Shown in pieces: positions 30,675 to 40,975 of a stretch of DNA of 64,000 nucleotides (position 1 is the stretch's first letter; every line of letters starts with the position of its first letter). The notes beneath the pieces were generated by a model. That model was not told the origin of the DNA, did not search any database, and worked only from the letters and a program-made list of their open reading frames with translations. Where the stretch lies: positions 21,252-85,251 of the forward strand of contig JAYZFK010000082.1 in NCBI GenBank assembly GCA_036336835.1. Reading direction: 5' to 3'. The stretch comes from Myxococcota bacterium (lineage in GTDB: Bacteria; Myxococcota_A; UBA9160; UBA4427). The position numbers and the translations under genes were made by a program.

Positions 30675-31249
30675 GCGCTCGCTCCGACCCCGCCCGGCTG
30701 AACCGCCGGCGCGAACTTGAGGATGCGGAAGCGCTGGCGGCCGACGACCTCTGCGTGCTGGTCGGTGTAGGTCGTCAGCCAGGTCACGAAGTAGCCAAGG
30801 CCGAGCGCGGTCGTCTTGCGCGCCGAGATCGACTCCAGCACGGTGGACGACTGGACGCGGTCGCCCGGACGCAGGTAGCGCACGAACTCGAGCTCGGAGT
30901 TCGTGGCCAGCGTGCCGGTGTAGCCGGCCTCGGCAAGCTTGCGAAACGGACTGTCGGGGTCGATCTCGCCCGACGAGCCGCCCCGCTCGGCGATGCCCTC
31001 GATCCGCGGGCGCGCCATCGTCCACGTCTGGAGCATCGCCGGCGGCGCGACGATTCCGCCGAACCGGCTGTTCGCAGCGCGCGACGCATCGAGGTACACG
31101 GGGTTGCGGTCATCGAGCGCGTCGACCCAGTGCCGGATCATCGGCAGGTTGACCTCGTCGGGCGCCACCGACGGTCCCGAAGCGCTCATCGGCTTTCCGA
31201 TCCAGATTTCGAGTCCGGCTCGCAGCGAATCCGATTCAGCGTCTGACAT
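30671..31249 (-). CDS. MaoC-like hydratase subunit (ChsH2 N-terminal-like, no DUF35)
   Basis: VNLPMIRHWVDALDDRNPVY, IVAPPAMLQTWTM, ATNSE, RYLRPGD, TALGLGYF, RILKF; GGAGG RBS. Confidence 0.8.
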   Translation of the reverse strand: MSDAESDSLRAGLEIWIGKPMSASGPSVAPDEVNLPMIRHWVDALDDRNPVYLDASRAANSRFGGIVAPPAMLQTWTMARPRIEGIAERGGSSGEIDPDSPFRKLAEAGYTGTLATNSELEFVRYLRPGDRVQSSTVLESISARKTTALGLGYFVTWLTTYTDQHAEVVGRQRFRILKFAPAVQPGGVGASA

Positions 31250-31499
31250 CGAGGCCTCCTCGAGCGCCCCCGCCCGGTACGCGGGTGACGCCACTCTACC
31301 CCGCGACGGCGCGGGCAGCGCTCGTGGTACCGTTGCCCTCCCATGTCGGTTCGACTCGTGGCAATCCTAGTTGGTGCCAATTCGACCGTTGCCACCAGGG
31401 CCGGATTCGTGCCGCGCCCGGCCGCTGGCAAGCTTGCAACCCGGACGCCGGGCACCCGGGGCTGGTCTGCCTCCCACCGCTCCGCCCAAGGAGATCTCC

Positions 31500-33143
31500 G
31501 TGGCACATGACCTGGTGATTCGGGGCGGAACCTTGTACGACGGAACCGGTCGAGCCGGCAAGAGCGGGGATCTCGCCATCGACGGCGAGCGGATCTCCCA
31601 GCTCGGCGGCCGCGCGGCCGCCGGCACACGCGAGATCGACGCCACTGGGCTCGCCGTGGCACCTGGCTTCATCGACCCCCACACGCACTACGACGCGCAG
31701 ATCTGCTGGGATCCGAACCTCACTCCTTCCTGCTGGCAGGGCATCACGAGCGTGGTGATGGGCAACTGCGGCTTTACGGTGGCGCCCTGTCGTCCAGACG
31801 ATCGCGAGCGCATCATGCGCATGCTGACGCGAGTGGAGGGGATGAGCCTCCCGGCCCTGCGGGAGGGCATCGACTGGACCTGGGAGCGATTTCCCGAGTA
31901 CCTCGATGCCATCGAGGTCGGCTCTCCGGGCCTGAATGTGGGCGTGCTGGCCGGCCACTCGGCCATCCGTTACTTCGTGATGGGAGACGCCGCAACCGAG
32001 CGGGAAGCGACGCCCGCGGAGATCGAGGCCATGCGCGGCCAGGTGCGTGAGGCCATGGAGGCGGGCGCGCTGGGCTTCTCGACGTCGATGGCGCCGACCC
32101 ACATTGGCGGCGACGGCAAGCCGGTGCCGAGTCGCCTCGCGAGCGACGACGAGGTCCTCGAGCTAACCCAGGTGCTCGCCGAATACGGCCGCGGCGCCTT
32201 CGAGATCGTGACGCGGAACCTCGTCGACGTCGACGTGCCCATCGCTGTCGCGAAGCAGACTGGTCGCCCCGTCACGATGCTGGGCATCGTGCGTGACGAG
32301 GAGCGCGTGAAGCTCGATCGTGCACTCGCCGAGGGACACCGCGTCATCGTCCAGACGACCTGCCGACCGACCAGCATGGAGTTTCGGCTGGACGAGATGG
32401 GCTTGTTCGACCAGCTGCCCAGCTGGCAGGAAACCGCCGCGCACAAGGGAGAACCGCTGCGCGCGCTGCTGCGGGACGTCGCGTTCCGGGTGCGCTTCCG
32501 CCGCGATGTAGAGGGCGAGTTCGAGGGCTTCCGCCTGTTCAAGGGCGACTGGGATGGGGTCTCGGTCCTGACGGCCGACGAGCCCGCGCTGAGCAAGTAC
32601 ATCGGCTCGACCGTCGGCGAGATCGCGAAGGCCCGGGGGCAGGACCCGCTCGAGACCTTCTTCGATGTGGCGCTCGAGGACGACCTCGCCATGCAGTTTG
32701 GCTACACGCTCTCAGGCGACGAGGGCCGCGGCCCTGGCCTGCTCGACGACAACCAGATGATCGGGCTGTCGGACGCCGGGGCGCACCTCACGTTGCTCGC
32801 CGACCACGCCTATCCCACCTACTTCCTGGGCCGCTGGGTCCGCGAGCGCGGTCTGATGCCCCTCGAGCAGGCGGTGCGCAAGCTCACCCAGGTGCCGGCC
32901 CAGTTCTTCGGGATTCCCGAGCGCGGTGAGCTGCGCGAGGGCTGGTACGCCGACCTGGTGCTCTTCGACCCCGAGCGGATCCTGCCGCACGAGCCCGAGC
33001 TGGTGAGCGATCTCCCGGGCGGCAGTCGGCGTCTGGTGACACGAGCCGATGGCATCGAGGCCGTCGTCGTCAACGGCGGCGTGGCAGTCGAGGCGGGCGA
33101 GCTCACCGGGGAGCGGCGCGGACACGTGATCCGCGGCGCCTGA
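31500..33143 (+). CDS. N-acyl-D-amino-acid deacylase family amidohydrolase
   Basis: DLVIRGGTLYDGTG, PGFIDPHTHYD, GNCGF, SDAGAH; AAGGAG RBS and GTG at 31500. Confidence 0.9.
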   Translation: MAHDLVIRGGTLYDGTGRAGKSGDLAIDGERISQLGGRAAAGTREIDATGLAVAPGFIDPHTHYDAQICWDPNLTPSCWQGITSVVMGNCGFTVAPCRPDDRERIMRMLTRVEGMSLPALREGIDWTWERFPEYLDAIEVGSPGLNVGVLAGHSAIRYFVMGDAATEREATPAEIEAMRGQVREAMEAGALGFSTSMAPTHIGGDGKPVPSRLASDDEVLELTQVLAEYGRGAFEIVTRNLVDVDVPIAVAKQTGRPVTMLGIVRDEERVKLDRALAEGHRVIVQTTCRPTSMEFRLDEMGLFDQLPSWQETAAHKGEPLRALLRDVAFRVRFRRDVEGEFEGFRLFKGDWDGVSVLTADEPALSKYIGSTVGEIAKARGQDPLETFFDVALEDDLAMQFGYTLSGDEGRGPGLLDDNQMIGLSDAGAHLTLLADHAYPTYFLGRWVRERGLMPLEQAVRKLTQVPAQFFGIPERGELREGWYADLVLFDPERILPHEPELVSDLPGGSRRLVTRADGIEAVVVNGGVAVEAGELTGERRGHVIRGA

Positions 33144-33357
33144 ACTCGCATCGAGCAGACCATGGCTAGCCGACTCCGGCCCTGCTCCGCATGAGACACG
33201 TTCGTGACACGATCGCGGGCTGGAGCCTCGGACTGAACGAGGGTCTTCCGCAGCCCCGCTGGTGGCTCTCGCTTGGCCCGCGCGTGGCCCACTTCGCCGG
33301 CATCGCACGCCCGACGCGGCTCGCGCGCGGGGCGCGTGGACTCGGGCCGATCGAGTG

Positions 33358-34383
33358 ATGCGCCGCATCCTGGTGACCGGCGCCAGCGGCCTGATCGGCT
33401 GCCACACGACCGCCACCCTGGTCCGCGAGGGCTTCGCAGTGCGAGCCCTGCTGCGCGATCCGGCGAAGCTCGAGACCGTGCTGAAGCCGTTCGCGCTCGC
33501 TCCGGGCACAATCGAGGTGCAGCGGGGCGATGTCACGCAGCGCGACAGCGTCGCACCGGCGATGGTCGGGTGTGATGCCGTCATCCACTGTGCCGGGCGG
33601 TTCTCACATGACCTGTCGGAGGCGGACGCACTGCGCGCGGTCAACGTGCAGGGCACCGAGAACGTGTTGCGCGCGGCCGTCGATGCACGACTCGACCCGG
33701 TGATCCACATCTCGAGCCTGTTGGCGTTGCTGCCGCCGCGCGGCCCGAAGCTGACGGCCAACGACCCGATCGGAACCGCACGTTCGATGTACTCGCAGAC
33801 CAAGGCCGACTCGGATCGAATCGCCCGCCAGCTCCAGGACGACGGCGCACCAGTTGCGATCGTCTATCCAGGCTCCGTCCAGGGTCCCCACGATCCGACG
33901 GTTGGCAGCGGTCCCGCGTTGTTCGCCGGCTACCTCGAGAGCGGCCGGGTCCTGGTCACGCGCGGCGGGCTCGCATACACCGATGTGCGCGACCTGGCCC
34001 GCTTGCTCGCACGACTCCTGGACCCGGGGCGGGGCCCGCGCCGCATCATGGCTCCGGCGGACTTCGTCGAGCACGATCGCTTTCACGACCTGCTGTGCGA
34101 ACTCACAGGGCGTGCCTTGAAGGCCGACCGGGTGCCCGCCTGGCTGCTCGGGGGACTCGGAGCGCTCGGCGATCTGCGCCAGCGCCTCACCGGGCGTCCC
34201 GCGGCGCTCACCTCGGAGGCGGCCTTCGTGCTGACCCGCAGCGTTCCATTCGACGACGCGGAGGCTCGTGCACTGCTCGACGCACCGCCTCACGACGCGC
34301 GGCGATCCTTTCACGACCTGCTCCGCTGGATGTTCCAGGCGGGCGTGCTGAACGCCTCGCAGGTCGGCCGATTGGCCGACTAG
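33358..34383 (+). CDS. NAD-dependent epimerase/dehydratase (extended SDR, 3-beta-HSD-like)
   Basis: VTGASGLIG, VIHCAG, YSQTK (YxxxK). Confidence 0.85.
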   Translation: MRRILVTGASGLIGCHTTATLVREGFAVRALLRDPAKLETVLKPFALAPGTIEVQRGDVTQRDSVAPAMVGCDAVIHCAGRFSHDLSEADALRAVNVQGTENVLRAAVDARLDPVIHISSLLALLPPRGPKLTANDPIGTARSMYSQTKADSDRIARQLQDDGAPVAIVYPGSVQGPHDPTVGSGPALFAGYLESGRVLVTRGGLAYTDVRDLARLLARLLDPGRGPRRIMAPADFVEHDRFHDLLCELTGRALKADRVPAWLLGGLGALGDLRQRLTGRPAALTSEAAFVLTRSVPFDDAEARALLDAPPHDARRSFHDLLRWMFQAGVLNASQVGRLAD

Positions 34384-34419
34384 CCGACGGCCGACCGAGC
34401 GAATCGACGACGAGCCAGG

Positions 34420-35628
34420 CTACACGCCTCCGCCCGCTGGAAACTCGATGGGCAGGGACGTGTAGCCGCGAATGAACTCCGTGCGATCGCGCTTCGCGGC
34501 CGCCTCGTCCACCTGGTAGTCCGGGATCCGGCGCAGCAGCTCTTCGAGCAGGATGCGTCCTTCCAGCTCGGCGAAGTTCGCGCCGAGGCAGCGGTGCACA
34601 CCGTGGCCGAACGAGAGGATGCGCGGCGAACTCCTGTGGATGTCGAAGCGGTCGGGATCCTCGAACTCGCGTTCGTCCCGATTGGCCGAGGGATAGAGGA
34701 ACATGACGGACTGGCCGGGCTCCAGGGTCTTGCCGCCGATCTCCACCTGCCTGGAGACGGAGCGCATCAAGAACTGGGTCGGCATGTCGTAGCGCAGGCA
34801 CTCGCGGAGTCCCTGCGCAATGAGCGAAGGATCGGCGACCAGCTCGGCGCGCTGATCGGGATGCTGCGCCAGGCGCAGCACCGAGGTCGCGAAGACCTTC
34901 GGAAAGGTCTCGGTGGCACCCACCAGCAACAGGATCAGGTGCTGGCCGATCAGCTCGTCGCTCAGCAGCTCGCCGTCGACCTTCGCGCGCAGGAAGACGT
35001 CGATCGGCGACTCGGCCGGGCCGGTGTAGGAGCGGCGCGCCTTCGCGATGCCCTCGAGGTATCCGATCATCTCCTCGAAGGCGGACACACCCGTCTGCGT
35101 CATGCCTACTGTGCCCTCCTCCCGAGAGAGGAAGCGCTTCACGAGATCGACGACGTAACCGGCGTCCTCCTCGGGAAAGCCGACGGCGATGTTCGCCACA
35201 CGCACGGCGACAATCTGGCCCAGCTGGCCAATCGCGTCGCCCTGCCCTTCGTCGATGAAGGAATCGATGCATTCTGTGACGAACCCGCGGATCGTCGCCT
35301 CGAGCGAGCGCACACGCCGGGGCATGAAGTAGGGCGCAACGGCTGCGCGCAGCTTCGTCTGACTGGGCGGATCCATGTGATTGAGGTTGGGCAGTGGTGG
35401 AATCGTCTTGGTGAGCAGATACTGCGGTGAGCTCCCCTGCTCCACTGTGTAGTGCCCGTTGTCCATCGATGCGTTCCAGATGTCGTCGAAACGGGCCAGG
35501 GCCCAGGCATCCCACTTCTCGAGATAGTGGACCGGCGACTCGGCACGCAGCGCTCGGTAGAAGGGATACGGATCGTCCAGCACCGCATCCGCGTACGGGT
35601 CGTACTCCGCCACGTCGACCGCAGTCAT
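34420..35628 (-). CDS. Cytochrome P450
   Basis: VGATET (I helix), ECLR (ExxR), FGHGVHRCLG heme ligand. Confidence 0.95.
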   Translation of the reverse strand: MTAVDVAEYDPYADAVLDDPYPFYRALRAESPVHYLEKWDAWALARFDDIWNASMDNGHYTVEQGSSPQYLLTKTIPPLPNLNHMDPPSQTKLRAAVAPYFMPRRVRSLEATIRGFVTECIDSFIDEGQGDAIGQLGQIVAVRVANIAVGFPEEDAGYVVDLVKRFLSREEGTVGMTQTGVSAFEEMIGYLEGIAKARRSYTGPAESPIDVFLRAKVDGELLSDELIGQHLILLLVGATETFPKVFATSVLRLAQHPDQRAELVADPSLIAQGLRECLRYDMPTQFLMRSVSRQVEIGGKTLEPGQSVMFLYPSANRDEREFEDPDRFDIHRSSPRILSFGHGVHRCLGANFAELEGRILLEELLRRIPDYQVDEAAAKRDRTEFIRGYTSLPIEFPAGGGV

Positions 35629-35741
35629 CGCCACTCCTGTCGGGCTCTCTCGCCTCAACCCTACTGCAGGCAGCGCTCGTCTACAGCATCGACGTCGCGC
35701 GTGCTCTCCTATTACAACGTGGCACGCAGCATGCGTCGTGG

Positions 35742-36977
35742 TCAGTCCCCCGGCCCGAGCTTGGCCAACGCCCGGTAGGCCGCGTCGCGCAGCGCCTTCT
35801 CGCGCGGGTCGTCGACCAGGTAGACTCCCATCTTGTTCATCACGTAGCCCATCCCGAGTCGAGCGTCTGGATCCGCAAAGCCGAACGATCCGCCGGCCCC
35901 GGGTGTCCCGAAGGCGCGCGGACTCGAGGCGAAGTCATACACCGGGCTCGGCTTCATGAAGCCGAGAGAGAAGACGGTCTCGGCGCGCAGGACGAGGTCG
36001 TCGAGCCCCCCGCTCGGGTACACGGCATCCGCCATCAAGCTGTCGAGCGTCTCCTTGCGAAGTCCCAGCTCGCTGCCTCCACACGCGAAAGCACTGTAGA
36101 GCCTCGCAATGCTTCGCGCGTCACCGATACCGTTCACCGAGGGGATCTCGACCGCGCGCAGTGCCGGCGACCGGTTGAAGTCCACCCGGCCTCGCATCCG
36201 GGGATTGGCGAAGGCACGGCCAGTCAACGACCACGGGTTCAGCATCCCGAGCAGCATCTTCGGCGGAAGCGTGTTCGGCGCGCCCCACTTGAGGAGGGCG
36301 CGCGCGATACTCAGCGGATGAATCCGAGCGATACGCGACTCGGGAAACGTCGCGGGCAGGCCGATGTGGAAATCGAGACCGAGCGGCTCAGCCAGCTCTT
36401 CGCGGAAGAAACGCCCCAGGCTGCGGTGCTGCGGGTCGACGCGTCGCAGCAGCTCGCCCTGAAACCAGCCCAGGCTGATCGCGTGGTAACCGTGGCGCGA
36501 GCCGGGCTCCCAGGCCGGCTTCTGCCGCGCCAGGATCTCGGCCAGCCGGTCGAGATCGCCGAGAATCTCTGCGTCGAGCGGCTCGTCGACTGCACAGAGC
36601 CCGGCCTGGTGCGCGCACAGCTGGCGCACCGTGATGTCCTGCTTGCCCACCTGCGCGAACTCGGGCCAGTAGCGTGCGACGGGCGCGTCCCAGTCCAGAA
36701 GCTGGCGCGAGTGTGCGAGCGCCAGCGCGGTGGCGCTGACTCCCTTGGTGGTCGAGAACACCGTCGTGACCGTGTCCTGCTGCCAGGGACGGGTCCGTTG
36801 CTTGTCGAGATGCCCGCCCCAGAGATCGACGACCAGGCGCCCGCGGTGATAGACGGCAAATGCCGCACCGAACTCGCCGCGGTCGGCGAGATTTCTCTCG
36901 AACTCGTAGCGGACGCCTTCGAATCCGGACTCGGTCGTGCCGTGGACAACCCTCGCCGTGACGTCCGATCGCGTCAT
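35742..36977 (-). CDS. Serine hydrolase, beta-lactamase/EstB family
   Basis: FSTTKG (SxxK), HQAGL, PAWEPG..HGYHA, FGTPGAGGS. Confidence 0.9.
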   Translation of the reverse strand: MTRSDVTARVVHGTTESGFEGVRYEFERNLADRGEFGAAFAVYHRGRLVVDLWGGHLDKQRTRPWQQDTVTTVFSTTKGVSATALALAHSRQLLDWDAPVARYWPEFAQVGKQDITVRQLCAHQAGLCAVDEPLDAEILGDLDRLAEILARQKPAWEPGSRHGYHAISLGWFQGELLRRVDPQHRSLGRFFREELAEPLGLDFHIGLPATFPESRIARIHPLSIARALLKWGAPNTLPPKMLLGMLNPWSLTGRAFANPRMRGRVDFNRSPALRAVEIPSVNGIGDARSIARLYSAFACGGSELGLRKETLDSLMADAVYPSGGLDDLVLRAETVFSLGFMKPSPVYDFASSPRAFGTPGAGGSFGFADPDARLGMGYVMNKMGVYLVDDPREKALRDAAYRALAKLGPGD

Positions 36978-37004
36978 TGCCGCATGCTACCCGATAGAGT
37001 CCCA

Positions 37005-38699
37005 CTACTCTCTTGACCGCCTGCCTTCGTCTGCCCGCCGCGGCTCCAGCAACTCTCGGTACGCCCGCCAGTCGACACGTGCTGTCGCGATCCCGGGCTC
37101 GAGCTGCCAGTCCCTCACGACCCTGGGCCCTGCAGTGCGTTCGAGGGCCGCATAGCCGCTCACATTCCAGCCGCCGACGAGCAACCCGCCATTGCGTCTG
37201 TCCTGGATGCGAAGGTGGGGCAGTGCCCGCTGGGCGCGCTCCAGGAATTCTGCCAGGTGGCCTCGGGCGAACGGGCGTCGAGCGCCAACGCGAAGGGTCC
37301 ATGCGCGGCTCACGACCACGTCTGCACGGCCCCAGCGAAAGCCCGCGAGCACCGCGCCCTGCCCGTGGCGATCGGGCGAGCTGAGGTCGTGGAAGAGCGG
37401 TGCGAGGAAACGGAACGTCTGCCGGTCGATCACGATCAGCATCGGTTCGCGGGTCCACGGCTCGATCTCGGCGATCCGGGCGCGGACGCCGGCTGCGCTG
37501 GTGACGTGCTCGGTCAGACTGCGGGTTTCCAGTGCGTCGGCGGCCGTCCACGCACGCGGCCCAGCGGGCCAGGCGACGGCAACGCCCACGAGCGCGGCGG
37601 CGACAACGCCGTAGTGCCAGCCTCGATCCCAGATCAGCCCGAGCGGCGCTGCCAGCACGGGCACTGTGAAGGTCGCCAGATAGGCGCTGTGGCGGGTGCT
37701 GCCAAGCGGGAGGATCTGAAGCAGGGCAGCGGCGGCTGCAGTGGCAACGACTCCCGACGCGAGCAGGGCGAACCGGAATCGCCGTTGGGCGAGCAGCATG
37801 CCGAGACCGAGCAAGAAGAGCATGACGGCCGGAGCCTCGAACGGCTGGCCGAACAGGTAGCGCTGCACCCCGATGAAGCCGAGCCAGGCCTCGAAGGCGC
37901 TCTCGTGCATGAAGGGTCGGAGCCAGCCGCGTTGGGCTTCGCCCTGGAGGAAGCCACCGAGCAGGTGAGGCCGCAGATGCAGCTGATACGCGAGAACGAC
38001 GATACCTAGCAGGACGCCCTGCGCCGCGCACCGCTGCAGCAGCTCGCGACGCGGCCGACGCGTGGCGAGCGCCTCGCCAACCAGCAGGCTGGCGAATGCC
38101 GGGAGCGAAACGAATGCGGCGTAGTGCGTGGACATGGCGAGCGCAAGCAGCGCAGTGTGCGCCACCAGATCGCGGAGCCGGCCCGTTCGCAAGTGTCGCA
38201 ATCCAAGCCACGCCGCACTCGTGAGCAGTACGGTCAGCAGCGCGTACGGCCGCATCACCTGTGACAACATGATTGCGCCGGGGGAAACTGCGAGCAGGGC
38301 GCCTGCGACCAGCCCGGTTCTCCAGCCGGCGGCCTCGTGTCCGAGTCGAATCATCGCGTAGACCGCGAGCGTTCCGGCGACGAGGCTTGATGCGCGCAGT
38401 ACCGCGAAATCGCTGCTCAGTGCAGCGAGTGCCCGAAGCAGCAGGTACTGCAGAGGGGGATGGGCGTTGCTCACGACTCCGTCGAAGAAGTGAGTCCACG
38501 ATCGGCCCATTGCGAGCTGGTAGTAGATTCCCTCGTCGGGGTTGAGCCAGGGATCCAGGAAACCGCGCGCGCGCAACAGGAAGCCTACCGCGACGACACC
38601 GACAGCGATCGCGCCGGCATAGCGCGGCAGGACGCCTATCGTTTTCTCGTGGGGGCGCGTCACCAGCGGGTCCGCGTCAGCCGGCTGCCCGGGACACAC
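37005..38699 (-). CDS. GT-C (GT39/PMT-like) membrane glycosyltransferase
   Basis: LNPDEG, HPPLQYLL, RPYAL, THY motifs and many TM segments. Start uncertain. Confidence 0.75.
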   Translation of the reverse strand: MCPGQPADADPLVTRPHEKTIGVLPRYAGAIAVGVVAVGFLLRARGFLDPWLNPDEGIYYQLAMGRSWTHFFDGVVSNAHPPLQYLLLRALAALSSDFAVLRASSLVAGTLAVYAMIRLGHEAAGWRTGLVAGALLAVSPGAIMLSQVMRPYALLTVLLTSAAWLGLRHLRTGRLRDLVAHTALLALAMSTHYAAFVSLPAFASLLVGEALATRRPRRELLQRCAAQGVLLGIVVLAYQLHLRPHLLGGFLQGEAQRGWLRPFMHESAFEAWLGFIGVQRYLFGQPFEAPAVMLFLLGLGMLLAQRRFRFALLASGVVATAAAAALLQILPLGSTRHSAYLATFTVPVLAAPLGLIWDRGWHYGVVAAALVGVAVAWPAGPRAWTAADALETRSLTEHVTSAAGVRARIAEIEPWTREPMLIVIDRQTFRFLAPLFHDLSSPDRHGQGAVLAGFRWGRADVVVSRAWTLRVGARRPFARGHLAEFLERAQRALPHLRIQDRRNGGLLVGGWNVSGYAALERTAGPRVVRDWQLEPGIATARVDWRAYRELLEPRRADEGRRSRE

Positions 38700-39050
38700 T
38701 GCCCCGATCGTCGTCGCTCGAGTGTGCGACCGTCAGCACCTGAGCACGAAGATCTTCAGGTTCGTCCACAGATCTCGACCGATCGACAAGCATGAGACGT
38801 CAGCCGCAAGTGGGCTTCGCGACCAATGGTTTTCTGGCGAGTTCGCACGGCAGTCTACCGGACCTCTCGGGAACCCCCGACGCACACGAAAGCAGAGCGG
38901 ACCGGAGAGTCTACGAGGTGTCGGGTCGATCGGACCAGCGCACCCGCCGGAAGGGGTCACGGTCTTCTCTTCGACTTGTCGGTGCCCGGAATTCGTGGGA
39001 TCGTGTCCTGGAAGACGCACTCGCGCCGCGGCGAGGAAGGGGATCGACCC

Positions 39051-39212
39051 ATGCTGACAACGAGCTCGGTCCACGGGCTCGATGCTGTGGTCATATGCGC
39101 AGCTTCTTCGGGCCTCTTCTTCCTGTCGTACCGCTTGCACGCTCTCGCAGCGCGCGTCCACCGGGCCGGATCCGCCAGACGCGGGCGGCGAGGCTTCGAG
39201 CCGAGCGCTTGA
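39051..39212 (+). CDS. Small putative membrane peptide (53 aa)
   Basis: GAGGAAGGGG upstream of ATG; one hydrophobic stretch and a basic tail. Confidence 0.35.
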   Translation: MLTTSSVHGLDAVVICAASSGLFFLSYRLHALAARVHRAGSARRGRRGFEPSA

Positions 39213-39230
39213 CATTGGACATCCCTTGCA

Positions 39231-40001
39231 ATGGGCGGGGCTGACCTGCGCTTCAGCGGCCGCTCGGCGCTCGTCACCGGCGGGGCGGGCGCAGGGCTCG
39301 GCTTCTCGATCGCCCGGCGCCTGGCGTCCGAGGGCGCACGGGTCGCGATCGTCGATCGCCACGAGCGGCGAACAACCGAGGCAGTCGACCGCCTGGGCTC
39401 GGAATTCGGCGGTGCGGCAGCAGCGGGGTTCGTACTCGATGTGGCCGATCGCGAGGTGGTCGCCCAGCGGTGGCCGGAGATTGCGCGCTTCCTCGGTACG
39501 ATCGACGTGTTGGTCAACAACGCCGCGACCAATGCTCTCGGGCCCCCGTCCGAGCTGACCGACTCGGACTGGGACCGGGTCCTTGCGCTGAACCTGACAG
39601 CCTGCTTCACACTGATTCGGGCGGCGCTTCCCGGAATGCAGGAGCGCGGCCGGGGCGCGATCGTCAACGTCAGCTCGATCGCCGCGTTCGGCCACGGGGC
39701 CGGCAACAACGCTCCCTACGCCGCAAGCAAGGCTGGGCTCAATGCGCTGACACGCAGCGTGGCCGTTGCTGCAGGGCCCTACGGGGTGCGCTGCAACGCG
39801 GTCGCACCGGGCCTGATGGAGGGACCGTTCCTCGCTGGCCGTCGCGACCAGTTCCAGGACCAGCTCGAGCGCACCCCGCTGCGGCGCTTCGCCGAGCCCG
39901 GAGACGTGGCAGCCGTGATCGCGTTCCTCGCCTCGGACGACGCCCGCCACGTTACCGGCGAGGTCGTGAACGTGAGCGGGGGGGTCTCCCTGCGGCCTTG
40001 A
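39231..40001 (+). CDS. Short-chain dehydrogenase/reductase (FabG-like)
   Basis: TGGAGAGLG, LVNNA, NVSS, YAASK, NAVAPG. Confidence 0.93.
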   Translation: MGGADLRFSGRSALVTGGAGAGLGFSIARRLASEGARVAIVDRHERRTTEAVDRLGSEFGGAAAAGFVLDVADREVVAQRWPEIARFLGTIDVLVNNAATNALGPPSELTDSDWDRVLALNLTACFTLIRAALPGMQERGRGAIVNVSSIAAFGHGAGNNAPYAASKAGLNALTRSVAVAAGPYGVRCNAVAPGLMEGPFLAGRRDQFQDQLERTPLRRFAEPGDVAAVIAFLASDDARHVTGEVVNVSGGVSLRP

Positions 40002-40247
40002 GCGCTCCCGGCGCGAGCCGCTCCGCCCAACCGATCACCTACCTGCCGAGCCGGGCCGCGCTGAGCGGCTCGGCTGGTGTGTCGGAACTCGCTTTGCGGG
40101 TCCTCGGGCTCCAGCGACCCCGCCGACTGGCCGATAGGTCCAATCGGGCGGAGCGCCGGGCCTCGTCCCGGCGAAACCGGGCCGCACGGCTGCAATGCCA
40201 TTGACCCTGATCCGTTGGGCCTGGACGGCCCATCACTCGAGGAAACC

Positions 40248-40685
40248 ATGAACATCAATCCCAAGTCATCGAAGCTAGTTCTCGTCTGCGCGCTCGGCAT
40301 GCTGGCGGCCTTCTTCGTGCCGTGGCTCGATTACTCCGACGCCGGAATGTCCGGCTACAACCTTGGCCTGCTCGGCCCCTTTGGATACTACGTCTGGATC
40401 GTTCCGGCTCTCGCCGCGGCGACCGTCCTGCTCAGCGTCCTCGGCGTCAGCAATCGAGGAATCGGCGCCGTCTGCGGAATCGTCCCGCTCGGGTCGATCG
40501 TTTACTTCATGTTCAGGCTGGTCAATGAGGGACAAGACCGCACGACTGAGGGGCTTCTGGGGCTCGCCGGTCGCGTGCTCGAGCTTGGAGCATGGCTCAC
40601 GATCATCTTCAGCGTCGTGATCATCATCGCGGCCGTCGTTCGCCGGGCAGGATCCACGCCCCAGACTACACAGTCCGGGGCTTGA
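40248..40685 (+). CDS. Small membrane protein (about 4 TM)
   Basis: GAGGA RBS and ATG; FFVPW...SGYNL followed by hydrophobic helices. Confidence 0.7.
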   Translation: MNINPKSSKLVLVCALGMLAAFFVPWLDYSDAGMSGYNLGLLGPFGYYVWIVPALAAATVLLSVLGVSNRGIGAVCGIVPLGSIVYFMFRLVNEGQDRTTEGLLGLAGRVLELGAWLTIIFSVVIIIAAVVRRAGSTPQTTQSGA

Positions 40686-40975
40686 AGCGAGTCGGATCGG
40701 ACGATGCACGCTGCGTCGATCCTGGGTCCGCTCGGACGGCCCGGACTCCGATTTCGAGGCCTGGCCCCGCGGCAGGCTCGCCCCGGCTCAGCTCGCTAAC
40801 GCCAGATGGACGAGCAGGCGTCGACCTAGGCCGCCTGCGGGATCGTCGTCCTTGACGGTGTAGCGAGCAGGCTACTATACAGTCTGGACGGGGTAGGCCA
40901 CGCGAATGCTCTGACTGGCGTCGGTCCCAGACTGGCTGCAGCCGCTCGTGGATTCGCTCAGGCTGGAGATCGGAG

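Noticed and set aside
35720..35735. TGGCACGCAGCATGCG sigma-54-like element
   Set aside because: On the plus strand, pointing antisense into the esterase gene with no downstream sense gene; probably chance.
35742..36977. Beta-lactam resistance gene
   Set aside because: No signal peptide, and the motifs fit EstB-type esterases of the beta-lactamase fold.
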